Positions 26,601 to 37,342 of a DNA stretch of 64,000 bases are shown in pieces. A program made the translations under genes and the position numbers. The notes under the pieces were generated by a model that was not told the origin of the DNA, made no database searches, and saw only the letters and a list, made by a program, of their open reading frames with translations. The stretch comes from Phyllobates terribilis (lineage: Eukaryota). The stretch covers positions 191,828,001 through 191,892,000 of the forward strand of contig NW_027362770.1 in NCBI RefSeq assembly GCF_046119375.1. Reading direction: 5' to 3'. Numbering within the stretch: position 1 is the stretch's first letter; every line of letters begins with the position of its first letter.

Positions 26601-27664
26601 TCCAGACTATTAAGACGTCGAGGCCCCTCGAGCTGTTGATGGTGGACTATCTGTTGATCGGAACGGCGAATAGTGGCTACCAGTACTGTCTGGTGATGGT
26701 GGACCACTTCACGAAATTCGCTGTCGCTGTTGCTACCAAGGATCAGACTGCTGAATCAGCTGCACAGGCTATCTGTCAGCAATTCGTTCGGGTCTACGGG
26801 TGTGATCAGGGGGCTTGTTTCGAAGGGCGAGTCATTGAAGAACTCCAACGGATGTATGGAATCAAGAAGTCCAGGACCACCCCTTACCATCCACAAGGGA
26901 ATGGCGCGTGTGAACGCTTTAACCGGACCCTCTTACAACTGATCCGGACTTTGGCTGAAGACAAAAAGCCCGACTGGCCTCGATTCCTCCCGGAACTGCT
27001 GTGGGCCTATAATAATCAGGTCCATTCCGTCACCGGATACACTCCATACACCCTTCTCTTTGGCCGTCCAGGCAAAGACATCCATGAGTTGCAACTGTCT
27101 AGCTCCGAAGAAGATACCTGTGGTACCTATCCTTCTTGGCTACAAACACACCGCCAGAGAATGGAGACTGTCTACCGGCTAGTAGGCCGACAAATTCAGG
27201 ATCAAGTGCACGCTGACCCACTTCCGGTACAAGAAGACCCACTGAATGTAGGTCTACTGGTCCTAGTCCGAATAAAGAAGCCGCAAGGGAAACTCTGGCC
27301 CAAGTGGGAGACCGAAGTCTATCGAGTAATTGGACAGCCGTACCCCGGTGGCCCCGTCTATCGAGTGCAGGGCGAAGACAGCGGCAGCATCCGAATTTTG
27401 CACCGTAATATGTTGCGCCCCTGCCGTTCCCAGCCTGACTCCCCTACTGTGATACCTAGAGAGATGGATATCACTAATACTGTCGGAGACACTGACCCCG
27501 GGGATGTAGAGACTGAATGCATGCCTACCCCTGTCCGTCGGACTGACTCACTTGAACCGATTACCTCCTCTACTGACATGTCGACTGGGAAAGAGAGTGG
27601 GGTGACTGATAGGAGAGAGGGGATCCAACCCGTTAGGCGGACAACGAGGACCACTGCAGGGGTA
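23681..27664 (+). pseudogene. pol: Pol of element 1 (PR-RT-RH-IN), inactivated
   Basis: Protease DTR instead of DTG; in-frame TAA 24833-24835; YLDD; TDAS; HHCC; about 6 codons missing before integrase DQG relative to element 2; interrupted by element 2. Confidence 0.9.
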
Positions 27665-29119
27665 TGTGACACCCCAGGGGTCTGGTTGCCACAGTGATAG
27701 AGATATTACGTCTGAGAGCAGGTGGGAGGTCTCTTGGTCAGGGATCCTATGCATGCCACACCTCCTGCCCAGTCCTGGGAGGAGAAGAACTTCCCCTATA
27801 TAAACCTAGGGCTGAGGCAGGGTTAGTGAGTAGAGAAGAAGTAGAGACAGAGAAGCAGATATAGGAAAAGAACATCAGGAGCTCTGTGGGAGCAGTGCTA
27901 CAAGGAGTCAGGGGCTGGCAGCTGCAGAGCTCGCCCTGACTGAGAAGTTATCACCGGACCCGGAGTCCGAGGCTGTGGGGACTAATCTTTACCCAGCAGC
28001 AGAAACCGCCCGGCAGGGGATTTCAGGTCCTCTGGCCAAGAAACCCGAAGGCACGGTCACACGCGTGGGACCAGCACCGCCGTCGTGGAGCGGACGCCAC
28101 TAGAAGGCCCCGAGTCACCGGCCATACGGGTGAGCACCACACGGTACACTCAGGGACGTGGGCTACTTATACCCGCCTCTAGCAAGGTAGCCAGAAGAGT
28201 ACAGTCAGTTTGGGAGGCCTACAACTCCGCCTGGCCAGGGGAGATCCCATCTGCTCAAGGACTGACCAGGCCCCGATCGCTAGCCAGTACTCCGGGAGGG
28301 TCTATCTTTATCACCAGTAAAGACCCTGAACTACACCGCATCGTCTCTGAGTGATTCCTGCTACCCCCATCATCCACGTCGGCTGCGCTGAGGCCATACC
28401 CCTCCCGTTGGGGGTGATACTATCACGCTGCACAATCCTACCACCGGCCTCAGCGGTCTGCTCTGCAGCGGCAGCTCCTTCGCTGCATTCAACGGGTGGC
28501 GTAGTCGTCCAACATCTACCGCTAATACATCGCCGCTCAGTTTGACTCCCTGGGCACGGACCGGGTCACCGCCACGAGACTACGACCCTCAACAGATCCG
28601 GCTCCGGGTAAGCTCCCGTGCGCGCGACGCCGCGCGACGAAGGCCCAGGGGTGCGTCAACTTTTGGCGTAGTCGGCAGGATCTCGTGCCCGCAACCACCG
28701 GGTACTGCGTGCCTGAAAAAGACTGTTCAAACTTACCAGTGGTGAAGATTCCCGCCATCCGTGGAGGTTTCCCGCCATCCGGCGTCATCTTCTACCTTCT
28801 TCCCGCCATCCGCGAAGTTTTCCCGCCATCCGGCGCCATCTTCTGCCTTCTTCCCGCCATCCGTGGAGTTTTCCCGCCGTTGGACGCCATCTTGAAGACG
28901 CCGCGCGGGAAGAAGAGCGGCGTGGACTCCGAAAGCGCGCGAGAACTGAAGCCCCGCCTCACGTCCGGACGTTGCGTAAGGTCCTGGAAGGAGCCCAGCA
29001 GACGCCGACGTCACAGGAGCGCGACGGAAGGTCCTCAACCCTGACGATCCACTGCGGAGCCGCGGCCTACGGAAGAGGATCATCGCAAGGTAGGCCACGG
29101 TCCACTAGGGGGGAGGAAG

Positions 29120-30100
29120 ATGTCGGATACGGAGGAGAGCTTCACTGCCTCAACCCCCGCCAGCGCCACCGCTGCTGCAGTCATGCCTTTCACCATGCCC
29201 TATATCCCGGGAGCGGCCTGGCTACCCCAGTACTCAGGGGAGTCACATACCCTGCATGACTTTAGAGAAAAGCTGGATAGCCTCTTCCAGGTGTATCCCC
29301 TCACAGAAGAGCAAAAAGTGAGCATCCTGGTGGCCCAATTAACCGGGGCAGCCCAAAGGGAGGTAAAGTCCTGGCCACCTGGGGGAAGGACTGTTGCAGG
29401 GATACTAACCCGGCTGAGGGTCACCTTTGATACCCGCACCTCAGCCGAGATCAAGCTTAGATTCTACGGGTGCAAGCAGCGAGCACACGAGAGTATAAGG
29501 GACTATGCCCTGAACCTACAAGAGGCCCTGAGAGCCATTAAGCAGACCGACCCTGACGGCATGGGAGACGAGGACAGGCTGTTGACTGAACAATTTATAG
29601 AGGGTTTATATTGCAATGCCCACCGAACCCAGTTGCGGGCAATGGCCTTACAGGACCCTCATCTGGGATTTGCACAGTTCAAGGACAGAGCCATCCGGGT
29701 GCTTCGAGAACCGGCACCAGGTGGCGTTGTGACCCCCAGACGCCCCACTACCACTTACCACCAGGAGGCGGCGCCCTTGTCGGCAGGGCCTGTGGGAGCT
29801 GGTGCGCAGGCTTTGAACAATGACCCGGCTCCAGACCTGCACCATCAGGTCCAAGAGCTAGCTAAAAGCGTTGCTGCGCTAACCCGAACTGTGCAGTCTT
29901 TACAGGTTTCCACTCCAGGGAAGATCCAGCTGGCATCTGGACCGGAGGACATCCCGTGGCGTCGACCAAGGAGGACCCCACCGGCCAGAGGAAGACCCAG
30001 CGACCGATACAACGAGGACGGACGACCCATCTGCCGCCGCTGCAATCAACCCGGACATATGGCAAGGTACTGTCCTTTAAACTGGCACAACCTGGGGTAG
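29120..30100 (+). CDS. gag: Gag of element 2
   Basis: 326 aa; WLPQYSG, EQFIEGL, CCHC knuckle CRRCNQPGHMARYC. Confidence 0.9.
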   Translation: MSDTEESFTASTPASATAAAVMPFTMPYIPGAAWLPQYSGESHTLHDFREKLDSLFQVYPLTEEQKVSILVAQLTGAAQREVKSWPPGGRTVAGILTRLRVTFDTRTSAEIKLRFYGCKQRAHESIRDYALNLQEALRAIKQTDPDGMGDEDRLLTEQFIEGLYCNAHRTQLRAMALQDPHLGFAQFKDRAIRVLREPAPGGVVTPRRPTTTYHQEAAPLSAGPVGAGAQALNNDPAPDLHHQVQELAKSVAALTRTVQSLQVSTPGKIQLASGPEDIPWRRPRRTPPARGRPSDRYNEDGRPICRRCNQPGHMARYCPLNWHNLG

Positions 30101-33100
30101 AGGGCCAACCCCCAGGAAAAAGATCACCAGGCCCATCGAACTGGCGCGACAAATATGTGGGAGGACGTCCAGTCTTACCCGTGGTACTGGATGGCATTCC
30201 TATGAGTGCCCTACTGGACACCGGGTCACAGGTCACCACCATCCCGTACGTGCTCTTCAAGCAGTACTGGAATGACTCGGATATCACCCGCTACCCTGAC
30301 GACGACTTGAGTATCATCGCCAGCAATGGTCAGCCTGTGCCACAGATTGGATTTAAAGAGGTGACCATTAAAATCGGTAGAGTCGAACTGGCAGCACAGG
30401 GACTGATCATTGTAGACATTGACAAACACGAGAGTCACCCAAAGATAACTCTAGGAACTAATGTAATTGAAAATTTTCTTGCAGAGGTGATTTTCCTTTT
30501 ACAGCAGGTTGCCAAGAACGCCAGCTCCGGCCAGCAGCGAGTGCTCCAGAAAGAGATCCGGGCACTGATGCGACGGCAACAGCTAGAACTCTCCGGTGGT
30601 GAGATTGGTAGCGTGCGAATGTGCGACCCTTTCCCTATTGCCATGCCCCCGAAAAGTGAAATGATGATTTGGTGCCGGGCAGCTATTGGTCTGAGAGGTA
30701 GAGATTACCAGGCAATGGTAGAACCAGTTTACTCAGACAGTAGGCCCACCATTTTGACAGCACGGGGGGTGGTCAATGTACGCCATGGGAGGGTGCCCGT
30801 TCGCATAATAAATATCGGGAAGAGGGAAGTGTACCTGCCCCGGTACGCCATGCTAGCCAAATTGTATACCATCAATCAAGATTCCATACAGTCCGTAGAA
30901 CCCTTGCCTCCATCTTCCCCGGAGGAAGGTAACGGCTCTCAGAAAACAATGGAGGACTGGTGTCAGCAACTACATTTGGGTACTGACTCCACTCCCTCAC
31001 ACCAGAAACAGGGAGTCTATCGGGTGGTTCAAGAGTACGAGAGAGTGTTTAGTAAACACCCGTTAGACTTCGGGCGAGTCAAGGGGGTAGAACACCACAT
31101 CCCCACGGGAGACCATCCTCCCATAAAAGAGAGGTATCGACCCGTACCCCCTGCACACTACCAACACGCCAAGGGGATGCTTAGAGACATGAAGGAGGCT
31201 GGGGTGATCAGGGATAGCTGTAGCCCCTGGGCAGCTCCACTAGTCTTAGTCAAAAAGAAAGACAACACCATGAGGATGTGTGTAGATTACCGGAAAATCA
31301 ACCGTATCACACACAAGGATGCGTACCCCTTACCAAGGATAGAGGAGTCTTTGGCTGCTTTAAGATCTGCTAACTTCTTCTCTACCTTGGATCTCACTAG
31401 TGGGTACTGGCAGGTTCCTGTAGCAGAGGTGGACCGGGAGAAGACCGCATTCACCACCCCGATGGGACTTAGCGAGTTTACCTGCATGCCGTTCGGACTC
31501 TGCAACGCACCAGGAACCTTCCAACGATTAATGGAGTGCTGTCTGGGCCACAGAAACTTCGAGACGGTCCTGCTGTACCTGGACGATGTCATCGTATATT
31601 CCAAGACGTATGAGGACCACCTGAAACACCTGGCGGAAGTGTTCGAAGCTCTGGCAAGCTACGGCCTAAAGGTGAAACCCTCCAAGTGTCACCTCCTGAA
31701 ACCAAAGGTGCAGTACCTGGGACACGTGGTGAGCGCTGATGGAGTGGCTCCCGACCCTGATAAGATCACCGCAATTAAGGAATGGCCAAGTCCCTCCAGT
31801 GTAAAGGAAGTGCAGCAGTTTCTCGGGTTGGTAGGCTATTACCGCAGATTCATCCCCGGTTTCACCAAAAAGGCAGCTCCTATGCAGGACCTCCTGATAG
31901 GCCAGTCCCGGAAGGCCAAGAACCAGAAGCCACCCTTCAGATGGGAGAAGTTAGAAGAAGAGTCCTTCCGCCAGCTGAAGATGGCCCTCACGGGGGATGA
32001 AATCCTGGCGTACCCTGATTACAGCCAGCCCTTTATCCTCTACACCGACGCAAGTAACATCAGGCTAGGAGCCGTACTGTCCCAGATCCAGCAGGGGAAA
32101 GAACGAGTAATCGCTTACGCCAGTCGAAAACTGCGACCCACCGAAAGAAACCCTGAGAATTACAGCTCATTTAAGCTAGAGTTCCTGGCAGTGGTGTGGG
32201 CAGTCACCGAACGCTTTAAGCACTACCTCGCTTCTTCCCGGTTCACCGTGTACACGGATAACAACCCATTGACACACCTGGACACGGCAAGACTCGGTGC
32301 CCTAGAGCAGAGATGGATGGCCCGTCTGTCCAACTACGAGTTCACAATCAAATACCGGGCAGGACGCTCCAATACCAACGCGGACGCCCTGTCCAGGATG
32401 CCAAACCTACCGGACGTAGGAGAAGATCCAGAGGGACTGGAAGAAGTCGAACTCCCCGCGTTCCACCATCATGGGACTATCCAGTATTCCCATCGGGTAA
32501 GGAGTAAGCAAGCCGCTACGTTTAACCCCTTGCCTCACTACAACTGGGAGGAAACGCAAGACAGTGACCCTGCCGTCCGACTGGTGAAGGAGATGCTGAC
32601 TCGGCCAGAGGCTCGCCTTGACCCAGACGCTCCGGAGGAAGCCAAACAACTGTGGGCTGAGAAGAGTCGACTGTTCCTTTACAAGGGGAAGTTGTGCCGC
32701 AGAATGGTTAACTCCCGGACGCATGAACTAATCTGGCAAGTAGTGGTGCCACGAAGAGACGCAGCCATGGTGATGGAGGCATACCACGACGGGGCTGGAC
32801 ACTTCGGATGGAAGAAGCTGGAGTTCCTGCTGCGCGGGCGGTTCCACTGGGTAGGCATGAGGGGAACCATCGAGAGGTGGTGCAGAGACTGTGGCCCGTG
32901 CAACCTGAGAAGGAAGGACCGTGCCAGCCAGAAGACCCCCCTTCAGTCCATCGTCACCAAGCAGCCGTTGGAACTGGTAGCCTTGGATCATGTAAAACTG
33001 ACCCCAAGCAGAAGTGGCTACGTCTACGCGTTAACCATTGTGGATCATTACTCCCGGTTCTTGGTTGTCGTGTCCGTTAAGGACTTAACAGCTCAAACAG

Positions 33101-34212
33101 CAGCTAGAGCCTTCCAGCAGCACTTCTGCCGTCCACACGGGTACCCGGACCAAGTGCTGACGGACCAGGGACCTGCCTTTGAAGCGGAGGTCTTCCAGGA
33201 ATTCTGTAATCTGTATGGCTGCCGGAAGATAAGGACGACACCCTATCATCCGCAAACTAATGGACTTTGTGAGAAAATGATCCAGGTGGTAATGGATCTT
33301 CTGAAAACGTTGCCCCTGGAAGAACGCAGTCTGTGGCCTGAGAAGCTGCCCGACCTGGTGGACCTATACAACTACATCGCTGTAGGTTCCACCAACTGTA
33401 CCCCGGCTTACCTAATGAGGGCAAGGCCTGGTAAGCTATCTGTTGACCTGGAGATGGGAGTCCTGACCCCCGAGGACACTTCACCGGAAGCAGACTGGGA
33501 CACAGAGAGGCAGCAGCAGTACCGGAAAGTACAGGAGAGCGTGGAGCGAAGTCTCTGTCTCACTAGGGAAAGACAAGAGAAAACTTACAACCAGTATGCT
33601 CCCGCTGTTCCCCTGGTACCCGGAGAGCAGGTCTTGAAGAGGAAGAGACGGCTCCACAAGTTGGACGACCAGTGGGAGAAGGACCCGTACACCGTACTGC
33701 CCTCAAGCCACGACAACCCAAAGGTCTGTACCATCAGTAAAGACGGAGGGGAAACCACAGCCATTGTATCCCGGGATCACCTGAAGAAGTGTCCCGAGCA
33801 GCTACGGAACCCAGAAGGAGAGCAAGAAGACCCCCGACCCGTAGAGGAAAGGGAAGATATGGTTAGTACTGTGCTCGGAGACTTCCCTCGGTCCTGGACT
33901 CAAGTCAATGGTGCAGTTGTGGTACCCGTCCTCACGTTCCTCCAACCAGCATCCCAAGTGCCTACGGAGCAACAGGTGGAGCTGGAAGAGCAGCCGGTCC
34001 AGGAGGCAGCAGACTCCACACAAGCAGAACAGGAGGATCAACCCTCTGCTCATAGTGAGCCTGCTGTACCCCTAGTGAGCCAAAGAGCCTGTAGACAGCT
34101 GCCCAGTTTACCCTTGACAGCTCCTACACCCTGTAGTTCAGGGCCAGACAGTCAGCTCCGTAGGTCCACTAGGGCCACTAGAGGCCAGTTACCCGCACGT
34201 TGGAGGATTTGA
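30076..34212 (+). CDS. pol: Pol of element 2 (-1 frameshift), apparently intact
   Basis: LDTGSQVT, YLDD, TDAS, H..GH..C..C, D-D-E integrase; no stops in the ORF track. Confidence 0.92.
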   Translation, partial: FKLAQPGVEGQPPGKRSPGPSNWRDKYVGGRPVLPVVLDGIPMSALLDTGSQVTTIPYVLFKQYWNDSDITRYPDDDLSIIASNGQPVPQIGFKEVTIKIGRVELAAQGLIIVDIDKHESHPKITLGTNVIENFLAEVIFLLQQVAKNASSGQQRVLQKEIRALMRRQQLELSGGEIGSVRMCDPFPIAMPPKSEMMIWCRAAIGLRGRDYQAMVEPVYSDSRPTILTARGVVNVRHGRVPVRIINIGKREVYLPRYAMLAKLYTINQDSIQSVEPLPPSSPEEGNGSQKTMEDWCQQLHLGTDSTPSHQKQGVYRVVQEYERVFSKHPLDFGRVKGVEHHIPTGDHPPIKERYRPVPPAHYQHAKGMLRDMKEAGVIRDSCSPWAAPLVLVKKKDNTMRMCVDYRKINRITHKDAYPLPRIEESLAALRSANFFSTLDLTSGYWQVPVAEVDREKTAFTTPMGLSEFTCMPFGLCNAPGTFQRLMECCLGHRNFETVLLYLDDVIVYSKTYEDHLKHLAEVFEALASYGLKVKPSKCHLLKPKVQYLGHVVSADGVAPDPDKITAIKEWPSPSSVKEVQQFLGLVGYYRRFIPGFTKKAAPMQDLLIGQSRKAKNQKPPFRWEKLEEESFRQLKMALTGDEILAYPDYSQPFILYTDASNIRLGAVLSQIQQGKERVIAYASRKLRPTERNPENYSSFKLEFLAVVWAVTERFKHYLASSRFTVYTDNNPLTHLDTARLGALEQRWMARLSNYEFTIKYRAGRSNTNADALSRMPNLPDVGEDPEGLEEVELPAFHHHGTIQYSHRVRSKQAATFNPLPHYNWEETQDSDPAVRLVKEMLTRPEARLDPDAPEEAKQLWAEKSRLFLYKGKLCRRMVNSRTHELIWQVVVPRRDAAMVMEAYHDGAGHFGWKKLEFLLRGRFHWVGMRGTIERWCRDCGPCNLRRKDRASQKTPLQSIVTKQPLELVALDHVKLTPSRSGYVYALTIVDHYSRFLVVVSVKDLTAQTAARAFQQHFCRPHGYPDQVLTDQGPAFEAEVFQEFCNLYGCRKIRTTPYHPQTNGLCEKMIQVVMDLLKTLPLEERSLWPEKLPDLVDLYNYIAVGSTNCTPAYLMRARPGKLSVDLEMGVLTPEDTSPEADWDTERQQQYRKVQESVERSLCLTRERQEKTYNQYAPAVPLVPGEQVLKRKRRLHKLDDQWEKDPYTVLPSSHDNPKVCTISKDGGETTAIVSRDHLKKCPEQLRNPEGEQEDPRPVEEREDMVSTVLGDFPRSWTQVNGAVVVPVLTFLQPASQVPTEQQVELEEQPVQEAADSTQAEQEDQPSAHSEPAVPLVSQRACRQLPSLPLTAPTPCSSGPDSQLRRSTRATRGQLPARWRI

Positions 34213-37200
34213 AGTGTTTAAATTGTTTTATTTGTGGTCACCTGTCTGTTACTTGTAAATAATTATGTGTTTCTAGTTATTTTTAGGAGTCCTTGGTGGA
34301 TTTACCGGGAATCCTTGTACAATTAGTTGGAGCGTAACCCAGGATGGACTAAAAGACTGTTAAGGACTCGGGGCAGGACAGACCCCTACCTGGTTACGTC
34401 TCCCTGTTTTGGTGAAATGGACACCTTTGTTTTCTTCAAAGACTGCACCCGGTTGCGGACATGCCGTGACCATCCTAATGTCTTTCTTTATTGTACTGTT
34501 TTTGTTTATACCTTGTTATGTTTTTCTAAAAATATGTTTAGTCCCGGAGTACTAAATTTCACTAGGGGGGAATGTGACACCCCAGGGGTCTGGTTGCCAC
34601 AGTGATAGAGATATTACGTCTGAGAGCAGGTGGGAGGTCTCTTGGTCAGGGATCCTATGCATGCCACACCTCCTGCCCAGTCCTGGGAGGGGAAGAACTT
34701 CCCCTATATAAACCTAGGGCTGAGGCAGGGTTAGTGAGTAGAGAAGAAGTAGAGACAGAGAAGCAGATATAGGAAAAGAACATCAGGAGCTCTGTGGGAG
34801 CAGTGCTACAAGGAGTCAGGGGCTGGCAGCTGCAGAGCTCGCCCTGACTGAGAAGTTATCACCGGACCCGGAGTCCGAGGCTGTGGGGACTAATCTTTAC
34901 CCAGCATCAGAAACCGCCCGGCAGGGGATTTCAGGTCCTCTGGCCAAGAAACCCGAAGGCACGGTCACACGCGTGGGACCAGCACCGCCGTCGTGGAGCG
35001 GACGCCACTAGAAGGCCCCGAGTCACCGGCCATACGGGTGAGCACCACACGGTACACTCAGGGACGTGGGTTACTTATGCCCGCCTCTAGCAAGGTAGCC
35101 AGAAGAGTACAGTCAGTTTGGGAGGCCTACAACTCCGCCTGGCCAGGGGAGATCCCATCTGCTCAAGGACTGACCAGGCCCCGATCGCTAGCCAGTACTC
35201 CGGGAGGGTCTATCTTTATCACCAGTAAAGACCCTGAACTACACCGCATCGTCTCTGAGTGATTCCTGCTACCCCCATCATCCACGTCGGCTGCCCTGAG
35301 GCCATACCCCTCCCGTTGGGGGTGATACTATCACGCTGCACAATCCTACCACCGGCCTCAGCAGTCTGCCCTGCAGCGGCAGCTCCTTCGCTGCATTCAA
35401 CGGGTGGCGTAGTCGTCCAACATCTACCGCTAATACATCGCCGCTCAGTTTGACTCCCTGGGCACGGACCGGGTCACCGCCACGAGACTACGACCCTCAA
35501 CAGATCCGGCTCCGGGTAAGCTCCCGTGCGCGCGACGCCGCGCGACGAAGGCCCAGGGGTGCGTCAGGTACCTCCAGGACAGTCCTACAGAGACCAATAT
35601 GTGTGGCCCTCTTCCCAGCCGCCCCCTGTCACATCCACAGCCATCGCCGCCCTGGAGCCGGTTGTTGGCAGGGACTGCCAACCTTTGATTGGGGGGGCGT
35701 GTAGTGAGCTGGCCGGCTCTGGCTGTTCTGTGATAATTGATATAGAGCCTGTTACAGAAGTGATTACACAGGATGATGTTGCCACCTTGTGGCCAGAGGT
35801 TGCACCTGCGCAGGGTGTGATGACAGAGAAAAAGTATGAGCCTCCTGTGTCCCGCCCTAGAGAGTCACGTGTCCAAAGTGGGAAGCAGGAAAAAGCGCGC
35901 GAAGAGTCTCCTGTGGTCTGTGAAAAGAGCCAGGACGGTGTGCAGGCCCTCGTGTGTGGCGCAGGAGAGACTCTCAACGTGATTTCTTCTATCTAACACC
36001 ATATCCTCGGAGCCTTCCCCAGCTTCTGCACTGCTGAAGGATACAGCTATTACACTCCCTGCTACTGGAGTGTGGACTACATAAGGGGACCCACCAGAGC
36101 TTCTATCCGGATCAGAGAGACTGTAAGCGGGACCTCTGGCGAGAGGCCGAAGTATCCCTTCCTTTCTTTCCGCGAATTCTGCTGTTCCTGTTTTTTTTTC
36201 GGCTGGGACGCCCTCCTGCAAAGACAGACAGGCCTGCGACGGGGGACACATCCTTCTGGAGTAAAGGACTGGTAACGTGTGTAACGGGTCTGGGAGGCGG
36301 AACCTCTGGGCTACTATACAAGGGAGCGGTCCTTGTAAGGGAGCGGGTGGCGACCAGGCAGGCAGTCACAGCATGTGACCGGGACAGTCTCTGGGTGTAC
36401 GGGCAGGAGGTCACGGCAAGTGATCAGGGCAGTCTCTGGAAGAACGGGCTGGAGGTCACGGCAAGTGACCGGGGCAGTCTCTGGAAGAACGGGCTGGAGG
36501 TCACGGCAAGTGACCGGGGCAGTCTCTAGGTAAGGGGTAGGTACGACCTGTGATGGCTGAACCTCCAGGTAGGCTAGCAAGGCAGATGGAGGATGTGTGC
36601 TCCCAGGTGAGCAAGCGAGAGTCTCTGGAATAGCAGGTGGTCACAGCACGTGACGGCGGAGCCTCCAGGTAGGCAAGCAGGCAGGTAGCGGAGAAGCGCT
36701 CCCAGGTGAGCGGGCAAGAGTCTGGAATAGCTGGTGGTCACAGCACGTGACAGCGGAGCCTCCGGGCAGGCAAGCAGGCAGGTAGCGGAGAAGCGCTCCC
36801 AGGTGAGCGGGCAAGCTGGTCCATAGACAGACTGACCGGAGTTGTAAGGCAGACCGTCGGACCTCAGGCAAGCAGGCAGGTAGCTGATGTGCGCTCCCAG
36901 GTGAGCGGGCAAGTTGGTCCTTAGACAGACTGACCGGAGTTGTAAGGCAGACCGTCGGACCTCAGGCAGGCAGGCAGGTAACAGGAAATCAGGCAGGATT
37001 AGGACAGCAAGCTGGCAGGAATCTGGCAGGTAACTGGCAGGTAACTGGCAACGGGACCTGAGGGCTGAAGCAGAGTAGAACGGTGCAACAACATTGCTCG
37101 GGCACCTCCATTTTGGAGGAGGTGCCTTATATATGGTAAAGTCCTCCGGCCATTGGCCGGGGACTCCTTAGGACGGCGCGCGCGGCCCCTTTAAGAGGGA

Positions 37201-37342
37201 GGGAGGGCGCGCGCGCGCGCCCTAAGCACAGTGGCCGGGAAGGAGCGCGCGCTGCCAGCAGAGCGGGAGAGGGACGCCGGGCACGGAGCAGAGCGGTGAG
37301 GGGAACAGCGTCCCTGCCTAGCAGAGGGCAGGGACGCCGGCA

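Larger units (their letters stand above)
27665..35566 (+). mobile_element. Ty3/Gypsy element 2, full-length
   Basis: 994-bp LTRs 27665-28658 and 34573-35566 (TGTGAC...GCGTCA); TSD GGTA; PBS 28664-28681 (same tRNA-Ser); PPT ACTAGGGGGGAA. Confidence 0.96.
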
